Source: the human T2T-CHM13v2.0 reference genome, Homo sapiens
Reading direction: 5' to 3' (one strand)
DNA length: 64,000 nt
Assembly: GCF_009914755.1 (NCBI RefSeq)
Contig: NC_060937.1
Below are positions 1 to 14,400 of the stretch, one piece after another; the stretch's first letter is position 1, and every line of letters starts with the position of its first letter. A model generated the notes under the pieces. That model had not been told where the DNA came from and did not search any database. It was given only the letters and a program-made list of their open reading frames with translations. The translations under genes and the position numbers were made by a program.

Positions 1-3000
1 AAACTATATATTATATACTGTACATAAAATATCAAAGTACCCAAGGTATATATTCTATACTGTGCAAAAAATATCAAAGTACCCAAAGCATGTATTATAT
101 ACTGTACATAAAATATGAAAGTACATCAAATATATATTTTATTCTGTACATAAAATATCAAAGTACACTAAATATATATTCTATAGTGTACATAAAATAT
201 CAAAGTACCCAAACTATACATTATATACTGTACATAAAATATGAAATTACATCAAATATATATTATATTAGGTACATAAAATATGAAAGTACATCAAATA
301 TAGATTATATACTGTACATAAAATACCAAAGTACCCCAAATACATATTATATACTGTACATGAAATATCAAAGTTCACAAACTATATATTATATACTGTA
401 CATACAATATCAAAGTACCCAAGGTATATAGTCTATACTGTACAAAAAATATCAAAGTACCCCAAGCAAGTATTATATACTGTACATAAAATATGAAAGT
501 ACATCAAATATATATTTTATTCTGTACATAAAGTATCAAAGTACACCAAATATGTATCCTATTGTGTACATAAAATATCAAAGTACCCAAACTATACATT
601 ATATACTGTACATAAAATATGAAATTACATCAAATATATATTATATTAGGTACTTAAAATATGAAAGTACATCAAATATAAATTATATACTGTACATAAA
701 GTACCAAAGTACCCCAAATATATATTATATACTGTACATGCAATATCAAAGTTCACAAACTATATATCATATACTGTACACAAAATATCAAAGTACCGAA
801 GGTATATATTCTATAGTGTACAAAAAATATGAAAGTACGCAAAGCATGTATTATATACTGTACATAAAATATGAAAGTACATCAAATATATATTTTATTC
901 TGTACATAAAATATCAAAGTACACCAAATATATATTCTATAGTGTACATAAAATATCAAAGTACCCAAACTATACATTATATACAGTACATAAAATATGA
1001 AATTACATCAAATATATATTATAATAGGTACATAAAATATGAAAGCACATCAAATATAAATTATATACTGTACATAAAATACCAAAGAACCCCAAATATA
1101 TATTATATACTGTACATGAAATATCAAAGTTCACAAACTATATATTATATACTGTATATAAAATATCAAAGTACCCAAGGTATATATTCTATACTGTACA
1201 AAAAATATCAAAGTACCCAAAGCATGTATTATATACTGTTCATAAAATATGAAAGTACATCAAATATATATTTTATTCTGTACATAAAATATCAAAGTAC
1301 ACCAAATATATATTCTATAGTTTACATAAAATATCAAAGTACCCAAACTATACATTATATACTGTACATAAAATATGAAATTACATCAAATATATATTAA
1401 AATAGGTACATAAAATATGAAAGTACATCAAATATAGCTTATATACTGTACATAAAATATCAAAGTACCCCAAATATATATTATATACTGTACATGAAAT
1501 ATCAAAGTTCACAAACTATATATTATATACTGTACATAAAATATCAAAGTACCCAAGGTATATATTCTGTACTGTATAAAAAATATCAAAGTACCCAAAG
1601 CATGTATTATATACTGTTCATAAAATATGAAAGTACATCAAATATGTATTTTATTCTGTACATAAAATATCAAAGTACACCAAATATATATTCTATAGTG
1701 TACATAAAATATCAAAGTACCCAAACTATACATTATATACTGTACATAAAATATGAAATTACATCAAATATATATTATATTAGGTACATAAAATATGAAA
1801 GTACATCAAATATAGATTATATACTGTACATAAAATACCAGAGAACCCCAAATATATATTATATACTGTACATGAAATATCAAAGTTCACAAACTATATA
1901 TTATATACTGTACATAAAATATCAAAGTACCCAAGGTATATATTCTATACTGTACAAAAAATATCAAAGTACCCAAAGCATGTATTATATACTGTTAATA
2001 AAATATGAAAGTACATCAAATATATATTTTATTCTGTACATAAAATATCAAAGTACACCAAATATATATTCTATAGTGTACATAAAATATCAAATTACCC
2101 AAACTATACATTATATACTGTACATAAAATATGAAATTACATCAAATATATATTATATTAGGTACATAAAATATGAAAGTACATCAAATATAAATTATAT
2201 ACTGTACATAAAATATCAAAGTACCTCAAATATATAGTATATACTGTACATGAAATATCAAAGTTCACAAGCTATATATTATATACTGCACATAAAATAG
2301 CAAAGTACCCAAGGTATATATTCTATACTGTACAAAAAATATAAAAGTACCCAAAACGTGTATTATATACTGTACATAAAATATGAAAGTACATCAAATA
2401 TATATTTTATTCTGTACATAAAATATCAAAGTACACCAAATATATATTCTATAGTGTACATAAAATATCAAAGTACCCAAAGTATACATTATATACTGTA
2501 CATAAAATATGAAATTACATCAAATATATATTACATTAGGTAAATAAAATATGAAAGTACATCAAATATAGATTATATACTGTACATAAAATATCAAAGT
2601 ACCCCAAATATATATTATATACTGTACATGAAATATCAAAGTTCACAAACTATATATTATATACTGTACATAAAATATCAAAGTACCCAAGGTATATATT
2701 CTATACTGTACAAAATATATCAAAGTACCCAAAGCATGTATTATATACTGTACATAAAATATGAAAGTACATCAAATAAATAGTTTATTCTGTACATAAA
2801 ATATCAAAGTACACCAAATATATATTCTATAGTGTACATAAAATATCAAAGTACCCAAACTATACATTATAAACTGTAGATAAAATATGAAATTACATCA
2901 AATATATACTATATTATGTACATAAAATATGAAAGTACATCAAATATAGATTATATACTGTACATAAAATACCAAAGTACCCCAAATAAATATTTTATAC

Positions 3001-3491
3001 TGTACATGCAATATCAAAGTTCACAAACTATATATTATATACTGTACATAAAATATCAAAATACCGAAGGTATATATTCTATACTGTACAAAAAATATCA
3101 AATTACGCAAAGCATGTATTATATACTGTACATAAAATATGAAAGTACATCAAATATATATTTTATTCTGTACATAAAATATCAAAGTACACCAAATATA
3201 TATTCTATAGTGTACATAAAATATCAAAGTACCCAAACTATACATTATATACTGTACATAAAATATGAAATTACATCAAATATATATTAAAATAGGTACA
3301 TAAAATATGAAAGTACATCAAATATAAATTATATACTGTACATAAAATACCAAAGAACCCCAAATATATATTATATACTGTACATGAAATATCAAAGTTC
3401 ACAAACTATATATTAAATACTGTATATAAAATATCAAAGTACCCAAGGTATATATTCTGTACTGTATAAAAAATATCAAAGTACCCAAAGC

Positions 3492-4990
3492 ATGTATTAT
3501 ATACTGTTCATAAAATATGAAAGTACATCAAATATGTATTTTATTCTGTACATAAAATATCAAAGTACACCAAATATATATTCTATAGTGTACATAAAAT
3601 ATCAAAGTACCCAAACTATACATTATATACTGTACATAAAATATGAAATTACATCAAATATATATTATATTAGGTACATAAAATATGAAAGTACATCAAA
3701 TATAGATTATATACTGTACATAAAATACCAAAGTACCCCAAATATATATTTTATACTGTACATGAAATATCAAAGTTCACAAACTATATATTATATACTG
3801 TACATAAAATATCAAAGTACCCAAGGTATATATTCTATACTGTACAAAAAATATCAAAGTACCCAAACATGTATTATATACTGTACATGAAATATGAAAG
3901 TACATCAAATATATATTTTATTCTGTACATAAAATATCAAAGTACACCAAATATATATTCTATAGTGTACATAAAATATCAAAGTACCCAAACTATACCT
4001 TATATACTGTACATAAAATATGAAATTACATCAAATATATATTATATTAGGTACATAAAATATGAAAGTACATCAAATATAGATTATATACTGTACATAA
4101 AATACCAAAGTACCCCAAATATATATTTTATACTGTACATGAAATATCAAAGTTCACAAACTATATATTGTATACTGTACATAAAATATCAAAGTACCCA
4201 AGGTATATATTCTATACTGTACAAAAAATATCAAAGTACCCAAACATGTATTATATACTGTACATGAAATATGAAAGTACATCAAATATATATTTTATTC
4301 TGTACATAAAATATCAAAGTACACCAAATATATATTCTATAATGTACATAAAATACCAAAGTACCCAAACTATACCTTATATACTGTACATAAAATATGA
4401 AATTACATCAAATATATATTATATTAGGTACATAAAATATGAAAGTACATCAAATATAGATTATATACTGTACATAAAATACCAAAGTACCTCAAATATA
4501 TATTTTATACTGTACATGAAATATCAAAGTTAACAAAATATATATTATATACTGTACATAAAATATCAAAGTACCCAAGGTATATATTCTATACTGTACA
4601 AAAAATATCAAAGTACCCAAACATGTATTATATACTGTACATGAAATATGAAAGTACATCAAATATATATTTTATTCTGTACATAAAATATAAAAGTACA
4701 CCAAATATATATTCTATAGTGTACATAAAATATAAAAGTACCCAAACTATACCTTATATACTGTACATAAAATATGAAATTACATCAAATATATATTATA
4801 TTAGGTACATAAAATATGAAAGTACATCAAATATAGATTATATACTGTACATAAAATACCAAAGTACCCCAAATATATATTTTATACTGTACATGAAATA
4901 TCAGAGTTCACATACTATATATTATATACTGTACATAAAATATCAAAGTACTCAAGTTATATATTCTATACTGTACAAAAAATATCAAAG
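3492..4990. repeat. Short run of 377-bp HOR variants
   Basis: The m1 ATG falls at 3492, 3869, 4246 and 4623 (377-bp spacing). 'cccaaacatg' replaces 'cccaaagcatg'. Shared markers 'tataccttat' and 'tacatgaaatatgaaag'. Confidence 0.85.
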
Positions 4991-6889
4991 TACCCAAAGC
5001 ATGTATTATATACTGTACATAAAATATGAAAGTACATGAAATATATATTTTATTGTGTACAAACAATATCAAAGTATACCAAATATATATTCTATACTGT
5101 ACATAAAATATCAAAGTACCCAAACTATACATTATATACTGTACATAAAATATGAAATTACATCAAATATATATTAGTTACATAAAATATGAAAGTACAT
5201 CAAATATAGATTATATACTGTACATAAAATACCAAAGTACCCCAAATAAATATTTTATACTGTACATGAAATATCAAAGTTCACAAACTATATATTATAT
5301 ACTGCACATAAAATATCAAAGTACCCAAGTTATATATTCTATACTGTACAAAAAATATCAAAGTACCCAAAGCATGTATTATATACTGTACATGAAATAT
5401 GAAAGTACATCAAATATATATTTTATTCTGTACATAAAATATCAAAGTACACCAAATATATATTCTATACTGTACATAAAATATCAAAGTACCCAAACTA
5501 TACATTATATACTGTACATAAAATATGAAATTACATCAAATATATATTATATTAGGTAAATAAAATATGAAAGTACATCAAATATAGATTATATACTGTA
5601 CATAAAATACCAAAGTACCCCAAATACATATTATATACTGTACAAGAAATATCAAAGTTCATAAACTATATATTATATACTGTACATAAAATATCAAAGT
5701 ACCCAAGGTATATATTCTATACTGTACAAAAATATCAAAGTACCCAAAGCATGTATTATATACTGTACATAAAATATGAAAGTACATCAAATATATATTT
5801 TATTCTGTACATAAAATATCAAGGTACACCAAATATATATTCTATAGTGTACATAAATTATCAAAGTTCCCAAACTATACATTATATCCTGTACATAAAA
5901 TATGAAATTACATCAAATATATATTATATTAGGTACATAAAATATGAAAGTACATCAAATATAAATTATATACTGTACATAAAATACCAAAGAACCCCAA
6001 ATATATATAGTATACTGTACATGAAATATCAAAGTTCACAAACTATATATTACATACTGTATACAAAATATCAAAGTACCCAAGGTTTATATTCTATACT
6101 GTACAAAAATTATCAAAGTACCCAAAGCATGTATTATATACTCTTCATAAAATATGAAAGTACATCAAATATATATTTTATTCTGTACATAAAATATCAA
6201 AGTACACCAAATATATATTCTATAGTGTACATAAAATATCAAAGTACCCAAACTATACATTATATACTGTACATAAAATATGAAATTACATCAAATATAT
6301 ATTATATTAGGTACATAAAATATGAAAGTACATCAAATATAAATTATATACTGTACATAAAATATCAAAGTACCTCAAATATATATTATATACTGTACAT
6401 GAAATATCAAAGTTCACAAACTATATATTATATACTGTACATAAAATATCAAAGTACCCAAGGTATATATTCTATACTGTACAAAAAATATAAAAGTACC
6501 CAAAACATGTATTATATACTGTACATAAAATATGAAAGTACAAAAAAAATATATATTTTATTCTGTACATAAAATATCAAAGTACACCAAATATATATTC
6601 TATAGTGTACATAAAATATCAAAGTACCCAAACTATACATTATATACTGTACATAAAATATGAAATTACATCAAATATATATTACTTTAGGTACATAAAA
6701 TATGAAAGTACATCAAATATAGATTATATACTGTACATAAAATATCAAAGTACCCCAAATATATATTATATACTGTACATGAAATATCAAAGTTCACAAA
6801 CTATATATTATATACTGTACATAAAATATCAAAGTACCCAAGGTATATATTCTATACTGTACAAAAAATATCAAAGTACCCAAAGCATG

Positions 6890-9800
6890 TATTATATACT
6901 GTACATAAAATATGAAAGTACATCAAATAAATATTTTATTCTGTACATAAAATATCAAAGTACACCAAATATATATTCTATAGTGTACATAAAATATCAA
7001 AGTACCCAAACTATACATTATAAACTGTACATAAAATATGAAATTACATCAAATATATACTATATTATGTACATAAAATATGAAAGTACATCAAATATAG
7101 ATTATATACTGTACATGAAATACCAAAGTACCCCAAATAAATATTTTATACTGTACATGCAATATCAAAGTTCACAAACTATATATTATATACTGTACAT
7201 AAAATATCAAAGTACCCAAGGTATATATTCTATACTGTACAAAAAATATCAAGGTACCCAAAGCATGTATTATGTACTGTACATAAAATAAGAAAGTACA
7301 TCAAATATATATTTTATTTTGTACATAAAATATCAAAGTACACCAAATATATATTCTATAGTGTACATAAAATATCAAAGTACCCAAACTATACATTATA
7401 TACTGTACATAAAATATGAAATTACATCAAATATATATTATATTAGGTACATAAAATAAGAAAATACATCAAATATAAATTATATACAGTACATAAAATA
7501 CCAAAGTACCCCAAATATATATTATATACTGTACATGCAATATCAAAGTTCACAAACTATATATCATATACTGTACATAAAATATCAAAGTACCGAAGGT
7601 ATATATTCTATACTGTACAAAAAATATCAAAGTACGCAAAGCATGTATTATATACTGTACATAAAATATGAAAGTACATCAAATATATATTTTATTCTGT
7701 ACATAAAATATCAAAGTACACCAAATATATATTCTATAGTGTACATAAAATATCAAAGTACCCAAACTATACATTATATACTGTACATAAAATATGAAAC
7801 TACATCAAATATATATTATAATAGGTACATAAAATATGAAAGTACATCAAATATAAATTATATACTGCACATAAAATACCAAAGAACACCAAATATATAT
7901 TATATACTGTACATGAAATATCAAAGTTCACAAACTATATATTATCTACTGTATATAAAATATCAAAGTACCCAAGGTATATATTCTGTACTGTATAAAA
8001 AATATCAAAGTACCCAAAGCATGTATTATATACTGTTCATAAAATATGAAAGTTCATCAAATATATATTTTATTCTGTACATAAAATATCAAAGTACACC
8101 AAATATATATTCTATAGTGTACATAAAATATCAAAGTACCCAAACCATACATTATATACTGTACATAAAATATGAAATTACATCAAATATATATTATATT
8201 AGGTACATAAAATATGAAAGTACATCAAATATTGATTATATAGTGTACATAAAATACCAAAGTATCCCAAATATATATTATATACAGTACATGAAATATC
8301 AAAGTTCACAAACTATATATTATATACTGTACATAAAATATCAAGGTACACAAGGAATATATTCTATACTCTACAAAAAATATCAAAGTACCCAAAGCAT
8401 GTATTATATACGGTACATAAAATATGAAAGTACATCAAATATATAATTAATTCTGTACATAAAATATCAAAGTACACCAAATATATATTCTATAGTGTAC
8501 ATAAAATATCAAATTACCCAAACTATACATTATATACTGTACATAAAATATGAAATTACGTCAAATATATATTATATTATGTACATAAAATATGAAAGTA
8601 CATCAAATATAGATTATATACTGTACATAAAATACCAAAGTACACCAAATATATATTTTATACTGTACATGAAATATCAAAGTTCACAAACTATGTATTA
8701 TATACTGTAGATAAAATATCAAAGTACCCAAGGTATGTATTCTATACTCTACAAAAAATATCAAAGTACCCAAAGCATGTATTATATACTGTACATACAA
8801 TATGAAAGTACATCAAATATAGATTATATACTGTACATAAAATACCAAAGAACCGCAAATATATATTATATACTGTACATGAAATATCAAAGTTCACAAA
8901 CTATATATTATATACTGTATATAAAATAACAATGTGCCCAAGGTATATATTCTATACTGTACAAAAAATATCAAAGTACCCAAAGCATGTATTATATACT
9001 GTACATAAAATATGAAAGTACATCAAATATATATTTTATTCTGTACATAAAATATCAAAGTACACCAAATATATATTCTATAGTGTACATAAAATATCAA
9101 AGTACCCAAACGATACATTATATACTGTACATAAAATATGAAATTACATCAATTATATATTATATTAGGTACATAAAATATGAAAGTACATCAAATATAG
9201 ATTGTATACTGTGCATAAAATACCAAAGTACCCCAAATACATATTATATACTGTACATGAAATATGAAAGTTCACAAACTATATATTATATACTGTACAT
9301 AAAATATCAAAGTACCCAAGGTATATATTCTATACTGTACAAAAAATAACAAAGTACCCAAAGCATGTATTATATACTGTACATAAAATATGAAAGTACA
9401 TCAAATAAATATTTTATCCTGTACATAAAATATCAAAGTACACCAAATATATATTCTATAGTGTACTTAAAATATCAAAGTACCCAAACTATACATTATA
9501 AACTGTACATAAAATATGAAATTACATCAAATATATACTATATTATGTACATAAAATATGAAAGTACATCAAATATAGATTATGTACTGTACATGAAATA
9601 CCAAAGTACCCCAAATAAATATTTTATACAGAACATGCAATATCAAAGTTCACAAACTATATATTATATACTGTACATAAAATATCAAAGTACCCAAGGT
9701 ATATATTCTATACTGTACAAAAAATATCAAAGTACCCAAAGCATGTATTATATACTGTACATAAAATAAGAAAGTACATCAAATATATATTTTATTTTGT

Positions 9801-11400
9801 ACATAAAATATCAAAGTACACCAAATATATATTCTATAGTGTACATAAAATATCAAAGTACCCAAACTATACATTATATACTGTACATAAAATATGAAAT
9901 TACATCAAATATATATTATATTAGGTACATAAAATATGAAAGTACATCAAATATAAATTATATACAGTACATAAAATACCAAAGTACCACAAATATATAT
10001 TATATACTCTACATGCAATATCAAAGTTCACAAACTATATATCATATACTGTACATAAAATATCAAAGTACCGAAGGTATATATTCTCTACTGTACAAAA
10101 AATATCAAAGTACGCAAAGCATGTATTATATACTGTACATAAAATATGAAAGTACATCAAATATATATTTTATTCTGTACATAAAATATCAAAGTACACC
10201 AAATATATATTCTATAGTGTACATAAAATATCAAAGTACCCAAACTATACATTATATACTGTACATAAAATATGAAACTACATCAAATATATATTATAAT
10301 AGGTACATAAAATATGAAAGTACATCAAATATAAATTATATACTGTACATAAAATACCAAAGAACACCAAATATATATTATATACTGTACATGAAATATC
10401 AAAGTTCACAAACTATATATTATATACTGTATATAAAATATCAAAGTACCCAAGGTATATATTCTGTACTGTATAAAAAATATCAAAGTACCCAAAGCAT
10501 GTATTATATACTGTTCATAAAATATGAAAGTTCATCAAATATATATTTTATTCTGTACATAAAATATCAAAGTACACCAAATATATATTCTATAGTGTAC
10601 ATAAAATATCAAAGTACCCAAACCATACATTATATACTGTACATAAAATATGAAATTACATCAAATATATATTATATTAGGTACATAAAATATGAAAGTA
10701 CATCAAATATAGATTATATAGTGTACATAAAATACCAAAGTACACCAAATATATATTTTATACTGTACATGAAATATCAAAGTTCACAAACTATATATCA
10801 TATACTGTACATAAAATATCAAGATACCCAAGGTATATATTCTATACTCTACAAAAAATATCAAAGTACCCAAAGCATGTATTATATACGGTACATAAAA
10901 TATGAAAGTACATCTAATATATATTTAATTCTGTACATAAAATATCAAAGTACACCAAATATATATTCTATAGTGTACATAAAATATCAAAGTACCCAAA
11001 CTATACATTATATACTGTACATAAAATATGAAATTACGTCAAATATATATTATATTATGTACATAAAATATGAAAGTACATCAAATATAGATTATATACT
11101 GTACATAAAATACCAAAGTACACCAAATATATATTTTATACTGTACATGAAATATCAAAGTTCACAAACTATGTATTATATACTGTAGATAAAACATCAA
11201 AGTACCCAAGGTATGTATTCTATACTGTACAAAAAATATCAAAGTACCCAAAGCATGTATTATATACTGTACATACAATATGAAAGTACATCAAATATAG
11301 ATTATATACTGTACATAAAATACCAAAGAACCGCAAATACAAATTATATACTGTACATGAAATATCAAAGTTCACAAACTATATATTATATACTGTACAT
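6890..11400. repeat. Tandem duplication with 2478-bp period (59 monomers = 7 HORs minus 4 monomers)
   Basis: Matching ORF ends/starts 7291/9769, 8710/11188 and 8735/11213, all offset 2478. Shared rare variants include 'gaaactac', 'gaaagttcatc', 'caaaccatac' and 'attacgtc'. Confidence 0.85.
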
Positions 11401-14400
11401 GAAATATCAAATTACCCAAGGTATATATTCTATACTGTACAAAAAATATCAAAGTACCCAAAGCATGTATTATATACTGTACATAAAATAATAACGTACA
11501 TCAAATATATATTTTATTCTGTACATAAAATATCAAAGTACACTAAATATATATTCTATAGTGTACATAAAATATCAAAGTACCCAAACTATACATTATA
11601 TACTGTACATAAAATATGAAATTACATCAAATATATATTATATTAGGTACATAAAATATGAAAGTACATCAAATATAAATTATATACTGTACATAAAATA
11701 CCAAAGTAACCCAAATATATATTATATACTGTACATGCAATATCAAAGTTCACAAACTATATATCATATACTGTACATAAAATATCAAAGTACCGAACGT
11801 ATATATTCTATACTGTACAAAAAATATCAAAGTACCCAAAGCATGTATTATATACTGTACATAAAATATGAAATTACATCTAATATATATTTTATTCTGT
11901 ACATAAAATATCAAAGTACACAAAATATATATTCTATACTGTACATAAAATATCAAAGTACCCAAACTATACATTATATACTGTACATAAAATATGAAAT
12001 TACATCAAATATATATTATATTAGGTACATAAAATATGAAAGTACATCAAATATAAATTATATACTGTACATAAAATACCAAAGTACCCCAAATATATAT
12101 TATATACTCTACATGAAATATCAAAGTTCACAAACTATATATTATATACTGTACATAAAATATCAATGTGCACAAGGTATATATTCTATACTTTACAAAA
12201 AATATCAAAGTACCCAAAGCATGTATTATATACTGTACATAAAATATGAAAGTACATCAAATATATATTTTATTCTGTACATAAAATATCAAAGTACACC
12301 AAATATATATTCTATAGTGTACATAAAATATCAAAGTACCCAAACCATACATTATATACTGTACATAAAATATGAAATTACATCAAATATATATTATATT
12401 AGGTACATAAAATATGAAAGTACATCAAATATAGATTATATAGTGTACATAAAATACCAAAGTACCCCAAAGATATATTATATACTGTACATGAAATATC
12501 AAAGTTCACAAACTATATATTATATACTGTACATAAAATATCAAGGTACCCAAGGTATATATTCTATACTCTACAAAAAATATCAAAGTACCCAAAGCAT
12601 GTATTATATACGGTACATAAAATATGAAAGTACATCAAATATATATTTAATTCTGCACATAAAATATCAAAGTACACCAAATATATATTCTATAGTGTAC
12701 ATAAAATATCAAAGTACCCAAACTATACATTATATACTGTACATAAAATATGAAATTACGTCAAATATATATTATATTATGTACATAAAATATGAAAGTA
12801 CATCAAATATAGATTATATACTGTACATAAAATACCAAAGTACACCAAACATATATTTTATACTGTACATGAAATATCAAAGTTCACAAACTATATATTA
12901 TTTACTGTAGATAAAATATCAAAGTACCCAAGGTATGTATTCTATACTGTACAAAAAATATCAAAGTACCCAAAGCTTGTATTATATACTGTACATAAAA
13001 TATGAAAGTACATCAAATATAGATTATATACTGTACATAAAATACCAAAGTACCCCAAGTATATATTATATACTGTACATGCAATATCAAAGTTCACAAA
13101 CTATATATCATATACTGTACATAAAATATCAAAGTACCGAAGGTATATATTCTATAGTGTACAAAAAATATGAAAGTACGCAAAGCATGTATTATATACT
13201 GTACATAAAATATGAAAGTACATCAAATAAATATTTTATTCTGTACATAAAATATCAAAGTACACCAAATATATATTCTACAGTGTACATAAAATATCAA
13301 AGTACCCAAACTATACATTATATACAGTACATAAAATATGAAATTACATCAAATATATATTATAATAGGTACATAAAATATGAAAGTACATCAAATATAA
13401 ATTATATACTGTACATAAAATACCAAAGAACCCCAAATATATATTATATACTGTACATGAAATATCAAAGTTCACAAACTATATATTATATACTGTATAT
13501 AAAATATCAAAGTACCCAAGGTATATATTCTATACTGTACAAAAAATATCAAAGTACCCAAAGCATGTATTATATACTGTTCATAAAATATGAAAGTACA
13601 TCAAATATATATTTTATTCTGTACATAAAATATCAAAGTACACCAAATATATATTCTATAGTGTACATTAAATATCAAAGTACCCAAACTATACATTATA
13701 TACTGTACATAAAATATGAAATTACATCAAATATATATTATATTAGGTACATAAAATATGAAAGTACATCAAATATAGATTATATACTGTACATAAAATA
13801 CCAAAGTACCCCAAGTACATATTATATACTGTACATGAAATATCAAAGTTCACAAACTATATATTATATACTGTACATAAAATATCAAAGTACCCAAGGT
13901 ATATATTCTATACTGTACAAAAAATATCAAAGTACCCAAAGCAAGTATTATATACTGTACATAAAATATGAAAGTACATCAAATATATATTTTATTCTGT
14001 ACATAAAGTATCAAAGTACACCAAATATATATTTTATAGTGTACATAAAATATCAAAGTACCCAAACTATACATTATATACTGTACATAAAATATGAACT
14101 TACATCAAATATATATTATATTAGGTACTTAAAATATGAAAGTACATCAAATATAAATTATATACTGTACATGAAATACCAAAGTACCCCAAATATATAT
14201 TATATACTGTACATGCAATATCAAAGTTCACAAACTATATATCATATACTGTACATAAAATATCAAAGTACCGAAGGTATATATTCTATAGTGTACAAAA
14301 AATATGAAAGTACGCAAAGCATGTATTATATACTGTACATAAAATATGAAAGTACATCAAATATATATTTTATTCTGTACATAAAACATCAAAGTACACC

